Source of the DNA: Balanoglossus misakiensis
Taxonomy: Eukaryota > Animalia > Hemichordata
Assembly (NCBI GenBank): GCA_040954595.2
Contig: CM082593.2
Coordinates: forward strand, 8,034,043 to 8,098,042
Length of the DNA: 64,000 bases
Reading direction: 5' to 3'
Both the position numbers and the translations under genes were made by a program. Below, one piece after another: positions 26,101 to 41,100 of this stretch (position 1 is its first letter; each line of letters begins with the position of its first letter). The notes below the pieces were generated by a model. The model saw only the letters and a list, made by a program, of their open reading frames with translations, was not told the origin of the DNA and made no database searches.

Positions 26101-29100
26101 CTGTGGTTTAACCGCACATTTTCCCTGCTGCATGCTAGTTCAGGGGCCCGTTTTACCGCAGCCAACCGTGGTAAAACAGTATTTTACCATCGCTGGATTG
26201 AGCTCTCGTCCAATCAGAATGGCGGACGGTAGCATGGTATAATACATGTATAATCAGTGCAATATAATCATCGTTTGTATATACTTGAATCCCACAATTG
26301 GCAGATAATTGCGACTGCGTATGTCAACAATAGAATGCATCTTCTATTACAGAGCATTGTATAGCAAATTATGTCAACACATAAGAGTATTTTAGGGTGA
26401 AGTAATATATGACATGATATGGTGAAATGGTTTGCATAAAAGTGGCAACCATGTTTATGGTTTTTGCAAAACTCTTATATCACAGGGGAAATTGTGGCCC
26501 GAAAGTATGTTGTTAAATTTGATCGGTTGCCTCTATATTTCATGCTCGCTACAATGTGGAAATTATTACATCGTTGTTGCTGTTCATGGTTTGCATTGAA
26601 AGAAGATTGCGGTCGTAAATCTAGACTGCGTGCAATAATTACATGTAGATCCGAGTGTTTATGTTTCAAAAGAGAACTAGGCGACCATGGAATGTCACCA
26701 TAGTGTAAACATTGCAAACCCATGGCTTGCACATATACGGGCGTTTGAACATTTATTGTACCACTGAGAGACTAATCTGTATATAATCAAGAGACTTCAT
26801 GACCAGGTAGAAATTGAAATAAGTTCTTACTATGGGTGGAGTAACTGTGCTTAATGAACGCTGAATGTGGCACAAAAATAACTTCAGTGAGTGACCAAAC
26901 AATACCAAGAATATATAGTACAAGCAATATACTCTTGGAAAACATGGAAAAAGTCATTCTGCACAATGACCACAAATTATATCCTAACTTTCGAAAAAAC
27001 AAGTTCCTCTAAATTAATAAAAAGAACAAAGGCGTAAAATTCGACGTAATTCGACGAAAAAAGATGCGGTGATTAGTGTATCCTAGTTCGATTATAAAAT
27101 AAGTGCCGGATTGTTACGAATTGAGAAAGGGCCACTCAAATAAAAAGTAGTACTATGCCTATAGGAAACTAACGCATGCGCAGTCGCGTTTGAAGAAACG
27201 AAAACGGCTTAGAAGTGAAGAGAGTGTACAATATGGAAATTGGGTTGCAGGGTTCAAGGTGACTCGCTCCTGTGACATACAAATGTTGGGGACCTCACAT
27301 TATTGAGGTTAAGGTTGGGGACGTTCAATTTATCTGACACCTGTGATATTCCAACCACTATGCAGCTCCGTGTAGGTTCGAGACACTGTACTGCTTATTT
27401 ACTGGTAGCCCTGGCCACAAGGCTGTGCTTGAAGGCAACGCAGAATTATAAACGAAATGTGTTCCTTACTTTTGGAAGGGGTTCAGCTGCATTCCGATTA
27501 CCGTGCGCAAATTAGATCTAAGTTTAAGTTTTAGCGCAACATTTTCCGAGCAGAGTTTGTATGGAACAAACAAAGAAATAACACAGCGTGGTCAAATAAT
27601 ATCGGAATAATGATGGACACTATGTGTCGCTGATGCGGCGATGGTTTTTGCGCTCATGCGGTTCTTTTTTGAATTTTTCCCGACCGAAATCAGTCGCATT
27701 CCTAATCAAATCACCTGGGACAATTTATATGTAGCGAATTTATATGATCCTACTAAAGTCATTTCGCAGCATTTAATGAATGACAATATTTCAATACATA
27801 TATAAGTTATTATTCTTACCATAACAGTGCAGCATTGCTCTCATGGGTAACGATTCAATAACTCCGAATTCGAATTACTGCACATAATGAGTTCCATAAA
27901 AAGATTTAAATTTAATCTAAAATGCCTCTAAAATTAATTTCAGAGGAAACTACTACAGAGACACAGAACGAATAAAAAGCTTGTGGTTAACATTTATATT
28001 TAAACCTCGTCCAGTTTTCTATTGATATTATTATCATTTTACGACACAAAACAGCAGTCAGTGGTATTCTAGCAAATATGCCGATATCGTATTTAAGAAC
28101 CATGAATTCTTGAATCTCATACACCCACGTACCAATGTATTGGCTTGGCGTTCTTGGGATATCGAAGATGGTGCAGTTTCCATGTGTTATATTGCGGCCG
28201 AACAAAACTATGGAGTGTTGACCCTCAAATTGCACCTTTGTGCATGGTATATAGTGCAAGTTGAAGTCATTCCAAACTAACTGATTTGCTGTCAACAAAC
28301 GCAAATCTATTTTACATGCAATCTCGCCTACCAAACCTCAACCGTGCACTTAATATAACAATCAAGAAGCCCCAACAGCCACAGCCGATTTTTTTTGCTG
28401 TGGCGGCGTCATTAACTGTTGCCCGAGATCGATACCACAGACCCTAATCATAGATCATTATCGACAGGTCAGAATTACAAACATGACGGAGGACAGCAAC
28501 AGACGGTGCACTCGCCAAAGCAACTTAAGGAGCACTTTTCATGCCCCGTCAATTTCGCGCCCACGCCATCTATTCAACATGGCGCTTGTGAGCAGAACAC
28601 GACAACCAGCAAATGCTAGCATGTTTTACCACCGGCTATTTTGCTTTCAATCTTCTTCAAATTTTAAAACCCAGCGATTTGGCATTTCGCGTTGGCTATG
28701 TACACGTGATCAACTTCAATGACAATCTGCACATGCGTCTATGGTCACTGTTGAGAATTGCAAAAACAAAATGAAATTGTTATTTTCTATAATTCCCTTT
28801 TTCATCGGACAAAAATACATGCATTTGCATTCCTGCCAATTCTGCATCTATCTTAATTATTTTATATATGTTTCAGTTGTTGTATGTGTATGCGTGTGAC
28901 ATTCAATTATAATATACTAACACTTACCGCGCTGCTATGTCAGAAAGACCTAATAGTATATGGACAAAGTGTTTTAATGGGAAAACAGTGTACTGTAAAC
29001 CATGGATGGAAAACGACGCATTTCACAAGTATACGTTTTGTTTTACCGAGTCGACAATCAATAGACCAAGATTTATCAATTATGTGTTTTTTCTGTGTGC

Positions 29101-32100
29101 TTTTGTATGGCTGACTGGTAGGTTTTTCAAAAAGCCCAGGATGGCACACAAACAAGCTATGAATAGAGCCTTATGAGGATTTTAGCACGTAGATGTAGAC
29201 CTATTCTAGTATCTAGCCGTCAATCGGAAGCAAAACAGACAAAAACGGCTAGATACTGGACTAATGTAGGCTACATGATTGTATCTTCACAATGTAAGAG
29301 ATACCTTGCATGACTAAATGATGTTAATCACGGAAATATATGTTCAGGATAATGATCACGGAGGTATCACGTCAATAAGTGAATTGACAGCGTCATAAAC
29401 AAAACGCATATAGCCTACACTCAAGTCATATAATTTCACGCTTCTGGGATTACATTTTATACTTTTTAGTTGTGTCACTCTTAGAAATACGTAGGCTTTA
29501 TTTGTATAGTGAAAACGCCCAACCATTGGCAGCAGATACCAACATTTCGCCGCTAAACACACACACACACGTTTACTATAGTCTCTGCACCTCGAGAAAC
29601 ATTTTGTCCTTTCCCTGTACTTGGAAACAATATTTGTTGTCAGTCAGTAAGTCCTTTCCTCTCCTGCAGCACAATTTAGTTGTCGATAACGAATTCATGA
29701 CTTCTCTGGTTATTTTTCGATTTTCTATTTCTATTTTTGAAAAGTAATTAGCCTCGTTGGCAAAAAGATGCACCAAAGGAAAAATCGTCAGTGGAAGAAA
29801 AAGATGATTACGTCTGTGAGCACTATATGTAGAAAGGCCACATTCTCTTGTTCTTTACCATTCATGCTAGCTTGAAATATCCTGACGCATGGTGCGGACA
29901 TGATGTAGGTAATTATGAGTGAAGAATAACTGTAACCAGAGGGTAGGTTATTCCATTTTAAAGGGGTATTAGCTGTAACTTTTTGCTTTATTTCTAGTAT
30001 TTTGTTCTGTGTTTTTCCCCACTCCAAACAGCATGCTGATATACCCAAACTCCATTCCAACACAGTCTGTATGTGTGTATGTGTAATAACATTAACAACT
30101 ATTGTTATTGTTGTTGTTGTTGTTATTGTTGTTGTTGTTGTTGTTGTTCTTGACAAATATATTCTAGGCTGAATTCAAATTTTGCACAGTAACAATGCTG
30201 ACTACACACATATGTGTTGTGTTGATATTAAAGCTAAATGCTGGGCATATTTCGTCATGTTCCAGGAAACTGAATAAGAAACAGCAGTAGATACACACAA
30301 CAAAAAGACTGAAAAACAGAGCGAAAAGTTACAGCTAGTGGAGCTTCAAGTCAACTGCGACACATTTTCTCCAATCAGTGGTTGATGTTTCTGATAGCAA
30401 ACTACTTGGGACGTTGAAACATACGAAGTGATACAACGCATATAACCATGCTCAAACTGAATATTCACAACTAACGCGCGTTGTTAGACATCGGTTGACC
30501 ACATTGCTATTCTGATAACATCACCGTAGAACACTCTTCGACATTTCGCATGTCACATCAAAAAACAATATTGTTCTTATGCATTTTACTGGGCTCGAAC
30601 TCGTACGTTGTGTGTGCGCGTGTTTGGAATTGGGAATAGTTACCGCTGTTCAATCTTAAATGACTTGCCATTGAATGTGTTACGCCATTAGATTACATGA
30701 GTTAGGACCGTTACATAACGTCACTGGAGATTGTTGAAAATTTACAGGCATGATACATGTACGTCAGCGATGAAAACCACAAACACAAATCAGCAGTGTA
30801 TAAGTTTTCTTATACACTAGCTGCGGGTATTTGATTATTCATTTTACAAGGTTTAGTCCTAAACGTGCACGTACAAACTTGAAGGACATGTGTTTCGTAC
30901 AGGAATGTGCCCTTGTATATCCCAGTCACGCTGTTTGTACTATTTTGTTTCATACAGGAATAACAACTACTAGTGGAAATTTTAACCGATCATTAACCTT
31001 GGGAAGGTGATCCATCAAAAGTTAGACACATACTTTCCAAAAGGAGCAGTACGTTTTAAGGTCACAGACCTATTCAAACCCTTCGGTTATATTAGTTTAA
31101 TTTCCTTGGGATTGAAATCTCAAACCGACAGGCAAAATAACTAATTCACTCAAATAATCAATTTCCGCATACAGGATGAGACACGGGAATACTTAACACA
31201 ACGGCATGTATCGCCACTAGTGCAGAAAAAAATGCAGTCTTATCAAAAGCGATGGTGTGTATTATCAACTTTCTGTTTCATTTCAGTGTCTTTATCCTAC
31301 GGTCCACCTTCTGTGGATTATACAGTAGTGGGCTTTTATATGACTTGTGTGTTTCTTTTTCGGTTAAAGGTACAACGTCTCTCTCTCTCTCACTGCCCCT
31401 TTTCCGTTAATTATGTTTGATACAAGACACGTGTATATGTAATGAATCAAGGTTTGACCACACACACCTTCCATCCCGCTCGTATGATATGAAATGAATA
31501 AATGGTAGAGACCGATTATTGATTTTGGCGAGTTTTTAGGTCCCATTTGTATAGGTATATATACCATGGGACCTTATGGGATGGGTTGCGTCTGTATGGA
31601 TGTATGGATGTATGTCTGTATGTCCGTCCACATCAAAAACTTGAAAACCGCTGCGCGTATCACCTCAATATTTGGTGTGTAGGTGCAGGCAGGGCTGTAG
31701 ATGGGAGTTTGTCCAAACGAAGTTGCCAGGCCCAAAAATATGCAAATTAGCTTGTAAAATGTGAATTTGGTCAAAACTCAGTAACTCAAGAACTACTGGT
31801 CAGATTGCTTTGCAAAGTGGTGTGTATTTACTTTATTGAGTTGTTTTAATTAGGCAGGAACTCCCCTCTGTGATTAATAAAAACACAGCAAATTCCTGAA
31901 TGATTACATAACTGGCTAAGTTTTAAAGAGGCCAGCTGTTCTATTTAGTGTATGTACAGTACATATGCCATTGGCAGCTTATGGGTCAGTCAGTGTTTGC
32001 CCATTGAGCAAAGTTGAACTTCATTGGAGAAAAGAAGAACCACTCCCGTCGGTCTTAATTTGCATTTTAACACTTTATTTTGCATTACAATACTTGATTT

Positions 32101-35100
32101 AAATATGAGAAAAGCCTAACAGTTTTGTCTCACTGTAGTTAAAGTTTTGGACCTAGAAATGTAAATAGTTTGTGTCCATGAGTTCGTATTGGGGATGTGT
32201 TAGCGCTCTGGGCACCGTACTCCTCACGGGATCTGTTAACGCAGGTCAGTGCAACACACCCCAAGCTTTTGTATCGCCTTCTTTTGCTGTGATTTGAGAG
32301 CTATACAGTGTTCATTTTGTAGACACAGGGATGTTTATGTTTGTGAGAGGCTCGCGCAAGTCCACCATTGTATTGTTGTGTGCAAAAGAGGTCACGGGAG
32401 TTTGGGGATGTGTTAGCGCTCTGGGCACCGTACTCCTCACGGGATCTGTTAACGCAGGTCAGCGCAACACACCCCAAGCTTTTGTATCGCCTTCTTTTGC
32501 TGTGATTTGAGAGCTGTACAGTTCATCTTGGCATTCATAGTCCCATCATATCTCTGTGTCGACAGTCCGATATTAGATTGTTGTTGGGTCCCATTGGTAT
32601 GTACCATGGGACCTTATGGGATCGGTTGCATCTGTATGTATGGATGGATGCATGCATGTCTGTATGTCCGTCCACATCAAAAACTTGAAACTGCTGCGTG
32701 TATCACCTTGATATTCAGTGTGCTGATGCAGGCTGGGCTGTAGATGGGAGTTTGTTCAAATGAAGTTGTCATTGCCTAAAATATGCAAAGTAGCTGGAAA
32801 AATGTTAATTTGGTCAAAACTCAGTAACTCAAGAACTACTGGTCAGATTGCTTTGCAAAGTGGTATGTATTTACTTTATTGAGTTGTTTTAATTAGGCAG
32901 GAACTCCCCTCTGTGATTCATATAAACACAGCAAATTCCTGAATGATTACATAACTGGCTAAGTTTTAAAGAGGCCAGCTGTTCTATTTAGTGTATGTAC
33001 AGTACATATGCCATTGGCAGCTTATGGGTCAGTCAGTGTTTGCCCATTGACCTCTCGCCATGTGTGTGTGTGTGTGTGTCTGTCTGTATATGGCCATGTA
33101 CTTCGGTGTAGACTTTTTCTTGTGTAATCACTCAATGGGACCACCATGTCCTTGACGCGATTTTTTTCATTCTCGTGTACAAGCGGGATGGAAGGTGTGT
33201 GTGTTGAACGTTGATTCACTATATATCCACATGTAGAAGTACATAAACGGTGTCTTGTATCAAACATAATTAATGAAAAAAGGTAGTGAGAGAGAGACTT
33301 TGTCCCTTTAATAATTGACATTATGGATATTTTTCGGGTATTCTGAGCTCGAAGCATACATGATTGAGTTTCATCACTATTACACACATCTTCAATGGGG
33401 GAAATGTAGGCGGCGTATATAAAAGTATGTTTCATTCTTGCGAGGAATATATCACGCAGATGAAATGTCTACAGGCGCATGTCTTGACATGATGTTCATC
33501 ATCTAACTGATTTGGGCTTCCATTAGTAATCATTTGCATGAGCACGACGTATGAATAGCTCTCGGCGAAAGAAAGCAACGATATTTTGAGTAGACTAATG
33601 CGCGGATTCGGCTGATATGTTTGAAAAGCATTTACAAGTCCCGACAATAAGCAGGATGCCAAGTGTATATTTTTATTCACACGCTAAATCACCGGCATTG
33701 TCCAGTGGCAAGGCTTTGACGTACCATGACACAGGTTGGCTTCATATAATACATAGTTATTAAAACATGTGCCATTTTCTTTCTTTTGGCCTGTCACTGT
33801 GCTGAGACGTTTGCAGGACTCCTTACCCTACCTTGTTATTAACATTCTAAGTATTTATTAGTTAGGTTTATTTATTATGGGGCCGAGCCTCGGCGGCCAC
33901 ACATAAACTTTGTGTGTGTGGACACAACGCGACTCAAAGGATTATTTCTCTGTGTTTATCATGGGCAAATAGTGTCGCAGAAACGTTTCGGATTTTACCC
34001 TGTGTGAACCTGGTAATCTCTTTGGGTTATTGGTTACTGTTCTTCATTTATATGATGACATATGAACCAAATTTCGGAAAAACCTGAACTCTGAAATGTT
34101 TCTACATTAATCTTTAGTGAACTGTGTTGTTCACTACCTCACAAGCGAATATTCTTTTGCACGAGATATATAAAGTCCCTGTCGATAGAACATCTATTAG
34201 CTATCTGTTGGCCGAAAATGATGAACATTCGCATTTCCAACATCTTTCTAAGATGAGTTGACAGGTCAAAATTGTAGAAATTCGCTATCGGCTTGCGGCG
34301 ACCTTTAAAATACAAATAATGTACTACACGCAATCATATAAGCTGAAATGTCGCCATGGCGCTGAGTTGAAACGATGATTACTTCCAGGAAAGGAATCAC
34401 TCTATCTTATAGTACATCAATTGTTTGTCTGTAATTTGCAAATCTCAGCTTCTGCGTGTATAGGGCACTGCGAATTGTGTGTCTACTAAGGCATTATTTC
34501 TTTATTTGTGTATAGTAAGTAACATTCTCAGCTTCCTACCTGTCAAAACTTTGCCCATGCGACATTAACATCGGTCAGGGTCATCGGTCAGGGTCACTCT
34601 GTTCGAGAGTCATCAATTAAATTTCCGTCGAAGTGCATTTCATACGTGTAAGTTAGTTTTGGAGGGATTTGCGGATCTAAAAATAGCATTGTTTTTACAG
34701 AGTAATGTTTGTAGCTCCTCACAAATATGTTGCAGCGCTTTCCACCAATTTACCAGACAATACAACACCGGAAGATAAAATCAAATTTGTTTATGTCTCG
34801 TCTAAGAGCATCCTAAGTGGGTTGATAATATATGCCATAGTACTCAAGAACACATACCAAATAGGTTTTTGTAGTGCCACCTGTCATGATTTTTCGCCAT
34901 TGACTGGAACAAACAAATAATCCTAGCAACGGTTCAATATTACCTGCTTGCTCTGTGTTTTGGGAGTTTAAGAAGAGTGGTCTAAACACTTTTGACTTCT
35001 CCTTGTTCAAAGTCGTGAACAAAACCTGAATGACGATGAGCAGTATAGGTTCTGGTGATTTTCTCTGACCATAATATTGATGATGCCCTCGCCTGCGGCT

Positions 35101-38100
35101 CGGGCATCATCAATTTTATGGTCAGAGATCACCATCCCTCGTGCAGGCTTCAAATCATAATGTTGCCCTCGATATCAGGTGTTATTATTTGAAAATAACA
35201 GAGAGACAAGCAAAACAAATCACCAACAATGTCAACAAACAACGTGACTTGTGGCTGTGACTTAAGCATGTAAAGATTATGTGGACTGTCTCGATAGAGT
35301 GGAGATGGCCTGTTCTTAAAGAGGGGGCATGAAGGAGAGATATGAAGAGGAGACAGACAGACAGTGCATGGAGAGGAGACAAATAGATTCTCACACCCTG
35401 AGGATTACATTTCTCGCCTGAGATGGGAACTCTCATGGTCTCGCACTCGCCTTGCGCTCATTTCGGACGTGATGTTCCCAACAAATGTGAGAAATCTTTT
35501 CAAGGGGTCCTTTGTGTGCGAGACTCCTTTTCTCGCATGACGTCGACCGCGTTCATTTCGCATTATAGAAACATTGAATTGTGAAATGCATGACTGCCGT
35601 CTATAGCATGCCGTACCTCATGTTCATGTCAGTGTTCATCACAGAACTTTTAAACTTTATTCTTTAAACTTTTATTCCCTAAACACAAGTATCTTAACTT
35701 GTACATAAATAATTTTCATAATAACAGGTCCGACACGTGTTTCTTTGGTTACCATTTTGAGACTGGAAATATGTATTTTGTTCAAAATCCCATTAAAAAG
35801 TAGTTAATAGTGTGAGTACTAAGGTCAAAATAAATGAATATTGCGTCCGTTTTGATGACGCTGGAAGAAAATATAACGATAATTTTCATGATAACAATAA
35901 ATAAATTGTTTATCTGAAAACGGCACTCTGCATATCTGTTTTCTTAATCGGTCTCAGAAAAAAACAATAAAATTCCTGTCTGATAATAATACGAACAATA
36001 ACAATATCAACGGTCAACCTGCCATCGTTAACCGATAGAATTTGACTATCTACCTGTTATACGGTATCGCGTTGCTGTTAGCGCGCAGTCCGGATGTGTT
36101 ATTATTATGATCATCACTATCTTTAGAAGCCTTGGCAAGTATACCCCTTTTTCACAAGGGTCACCAATTACACCCTTCTAATCAAGACGCGCATGCACAC
36201 ACACGTACATTTACACCCGAGGCAATGACCAGTAAAGCGTCTTGCTCAAGGAAACTGCTTCGCGGCCACGAAATCAGCATTCTCCGATAGAAAATCCACG
36301 ACAACGTCTGATCTCGAACCCATAATCAAGATTTTGAGTCAGGTATCAATCACCAATATGGCCACCATGTGTTATGAAAATTCTATTAACAACGTATACT
36401 TGAAGGGTGTGGCAAATACGTGCTTATCGGCATGTCTTCAGATGGGTCTATAGCCATTACATTATATGTATTGGATAACATTTCTGGGACTTTACTGAAA
36501 AATCCTTCAAGAACCCATAAATTCCATGTAGTGTTTAGACCTATATATATTTCAAACAGAATCGACTTAAAGTCGACTGTATTCTCACTTTACATTTTGA
36601 AATGAGAATACAGTCGGAACTACTATACCGTCACGTGGTAATGGCAATAATTATCCACCCACTTTCCGACAGAAGTAGAGGATTTGTCAGCTCATTTAGA
36701 GATTACGATTTCACAGAGAATGCTAATGATAGAAGGGCGCATATTAAGACCACCTTTTAGCGACTATTTCGTAGCAAGTTCGTCCCAGCAATATAAAACC
36801 TGTGATGGCCTCTGAATTTCGAAAGTGCCACTACGTCCTGCTGTTTGCCTGTTGGCGCGCTGACCACCTTCCATTGTTAGTGAATATCAAGAGGAGCCAG
36901 GCTGGCGGCTTATCTCAAATGATCATTACACTTTACAAGGTGTAGGTTTTCAGAGATAACGGTTGAACAAGCAACCGTTAAGGCAACAGTAGAGTATATG
37001 TTGCCTTTGGCGGGAAATGGACTCGCGTTTGAGTGCCAGAAATCGAATCTCTCCTTGTCACGACAATGCTAATGAAATGAAAATGCAAAACCCAGCGTAT
37101 ACGTATACTCTTTGCACGGGAGCGATTTCTTTATTCTCGTCATTGCGACTTTTTGAAACCTCGTTTTCAGAGATTTTATGAGATCTTATGAGACATCTTG
37201 TTTTGTTCTACTGGCATCATCATTTTCAGACTGAATCTCTAGTCTAAAGGGTTAAAGTAGGTGCAAGTAGACTGGAGTCTCGACTTCTGCATACACCATA
37301 CGAGGTCGTAAGGGTTTTAGGTACCCCTTATTTAACTGTTGAAATTAAATAATTCTTAGAATTAACAAAGCAGCCAACAGTAGCGTAGACTGGGCATGAC
37401 AGCAACTGAAGATCCAAGTAGGTCGTGGTGACTGCAGTGGGGTTTGTGCTGGTATTGGAGGACATATTCTCTCATCAAGGGGGACACCCACGCGGCACGA
37501 CGACCCTTTCCCTTTACAGTGTGAAGTTAAACATCGTGTGTGTCTTGTTTTGTTTCATATCTCTGTCACTAAACACTTGTTAAAATGCACATACCCCATG
37601 TTGAAAGAGTGGTTATGGATGAAATGTCACTCGACGATCGCACTGTACCCGTAAGGCGTTCCTGCACTCTACCTACAATACGTAGCTTTTTGTTTGCGTC
37701 ATAGCTACATGAAACGCAGTATTTTAGAAACATACGCCGAGACAAATTACTCGATGTTTACATTCATCGTGTTGCCAAGCCCCGGGGACAGCTGCATATG
37801 ACAGCAACTCGTTCCCAAGAGAAGTTGTTCGGACCCTAGCCTTGCGAGTATTTGCAAACATTCGTATTTTACAATGACTATAAAATAAGGGCGTTACTTT
37901 GGTGCACGTGATTGTGGATCAGAATGTTGATCCTGCAAAGCATTGCCTAACAAGTATGTCGGACACTAAGCATGATTGATTTTCGTTTATTCGTTTCATC
38001 TTTTTTTGGCGCCGAAATTGTGGCAGGGGTTCTTGGCGATCTTCTTTGAGAGAACAGATTTTGTTACGAAAATGTGCATTAGACACTGTAAGGGGGTGTT

Positions 38101-41100
38101 GAATGTGTTTACTATAGGTATAACGCACATAGCATTGCGACTTGTACATGAACCTGAACCTCGAGATGTTTACCCATCATGAACTGCAACAATATCGCTA
38201 ATGAAAAACCAGTTCACCACGCAATCATGATAGCGCCAGGGATTCGCGAACAAGCAGTCTGAATACTAATAATCGACCAAATGTTTTAACGCATTATTCG
38301 TTTAATAATTCGTCCATGTGTAATAGAGACATAAAAATCCAAACCTACGCAGTCCATGCCAAAATAGCCATGCCAACCGCAATCTCAATATGACAGACAG
38401 CCGGTACTACGTCCACATGGATGGATTTACTCTCTATACACATCGCTGGTACCATTTACTTGTCATATACACATATTGTAAATCCGTGCACACCGCTTCT
38501 CTTCTTAATTCTATAGGAGCACGATTATACAAGCGTATTTTCGTCAATTTCTCTTCACTTCAAAACCTACGTCAAATATCAAACTTCATTGATCCTGTTT
38601 ACAGCCAGGTACAAACCCCTCAGCAATGTCTAACTATAGCCACGGAAGAGAATTTATCACCATGGAAACGCTTATAAAGTATGATTGCCCAGCTGAAATA
38701 ATAAAATATATACTCAGGCAAATCGCTGTGAGTTGCTAGAATTTTGCTCTATAGTTTAGCACAAATTGTCTTTATGCCCAGTACCTTCGAAATCGTCGCC
38801 TTTAAACTTAATTATTTACTGCTGATATCAAGTTTACCGCAGCCAGGAGAGTGCACTGCTAGTGATAATGGTTTTTATTTCTTCGCCACGGATACATGAT
38901 GTTCTTGGCATGCCATGTAGCTTATAAACAACATTACAATCAATGTACAGGCAGATATATTCTTTCCGGGGACTATTGGTCTCTAATTGAGTTCCCTAAC
39001 GGTAGAATATCTTTTGACAATATTGTGGTGACTTTTATTCTGCGTGTGACGTAATTATGTGTGGCCGTGCCTGCTGACAGGCGTTGGCTGGTAGTAGCAT
39101 TCATCTCAGCCTCCGTGTTGAGTTACACCGTGTCATCAATCCATCTCAATATTGATGGTAAATATCAATGTAGTATGTATAGAGCCATTCATTATATGTA
39201 ATTGACACCAAGCTGTTTCACAGTTTGATCCTCAGAATTTCTGGATCGAGAATAAATGTCTTTTTTTCTGTCTCCACCACGGAGAACTATTATTGGGGAA
39301 AAGGACGTTGCATGTGTTTACCATTTCCTTGGATGTCCAACGTCATGCCAATTATTTCCTCTTTTGAAAAAAATAAAGCATTTGAATACTTACTGGATGT
39401 ATACACTGCACTTTCGCGAGAATTGTGTTAACTGTACTAGAGAATAGAGTTGGCCTAAAGCATCGTAATCAAAACATCTACAAGAAAACTTCAAGTATGT
39501 GCTCTAATGAGCCCAAAGAATATGACTTTATGTTCTTTGTGAAACTATTGAACCGGTCATTGTCAATTAAATATAGCCACTGCATCAGGAAGGAAAACAT
39601 GGTGGAATGCTTTCAGTCAATGTGTCTGCAAAACGATCATAATAATGTTTCTAACAGAGCATTCTCATGAAAATATGGCGTGAATATGGACATTAAAGCC
39701 TCTAAAGCTGCCACTTTTTGCATTATTTTCGTGATTTTTTTTTCAACTTACATTGGCTCATCTAAATAAACTTACTGATAGGTATACATGAACATCTCAT
39801 CGACCAATGTTGAAATTTGAGCTATATATTAAACGGTTGCCATACCCATTTATTCTGCCTCCATACACAAATTTAAAGTACACAGCTATCGTGGTATGCG
39901 TCTCCAACTGATGCACATACAAGTAATGTGGCTTAATGGTGAAGATTTGAAAGGATATGGAATATATTTTAAGTGTTTTATTGTGGAAAACAATATGTGA
40001 AATTTGGCAGCTCTAGGGGGCTTTAAAGTATATTCATTGCAGTGACTTTCAATGAAATCGTACGTAATGATTATTGGAACATTTAGTTCAAGTAAGTCTA
40101 ATAGTGTCAGGTACATGGGCTGAAAATCTACCGAGGTCGTCGGCGAGGAAAAAAACTTGATCGAGTCTTTGAAATCAATCACGTGATCTGGTCATGTGAC
40201 TCACGACATTGTCATTTCCAGGTGCTGGGCAAACAGCATGGCGGCATCAAGCAAACGTTTTTCCGAGTATGTTTATACTTTAGAACCGCCAGACATGTAA
40301 CAGGCACGGTGCCTAATCAGCCTCATGGTGTTTAATCTGCACAGTCGTCATCTGCACCACATTTGCCCGTCATCTGGAAATTTGAATACCAACGTATCTG
40401 CGTCTGACTGCATCTGACGTCATTTGAATCGTGCCGTTGACGTCATTCACATGCGTGGTCCGATAGTCACCTCCTGTGCCCGCGCGGAGGCAGAGTCGGA
40501 GACTAGAACATACCCCCGGGCGTACACGTAGTCTGCTACGTAAGTTTCCATTATTCTGGTAAATAACACACCTGTGATTAATTGATTTTTTTTAAGTATC
40601 ACGATCTACCAGTATGAGTAAACTACAGTGCCTAAAATGTCCAATCTTACTCTGCGGGAGCTTTTTGGACAGAGACCCATGTGATATTTAGTACATTGTC
40701 CTTTAACCGTGTTTTGTAGTCTGGGTTACCCGTTGCCCAACGGAAGAAGCAGAGGGGTCTGGGTAACCGAGACTACGTGTCTTGATGAAATATTTAAAAA
40801 TGGCGCCCACATTGGATCGCATCAGGGCACAGGTCTATACATAGCGCTCTCACAAGGTAATTAATGGTATATTTATAAAAGTGCTGCACCAAATTTGGTG
40901 AAAAATATTGATCTGACCTAGATCTGACCGTGCTGTGATATGTTTAGCAGTTTTATGTTAATAAATGGTAATTTGCATATTTGACGAATGTTTGCAATTG
41001 GCATTATAAATCAAGATATTCTGCACTAAAGGATTGGTTTGTCTTCGGAAATGAAACTACACAGACAATAACGCTGGGAAAAATGAATCGAAACAATAAA

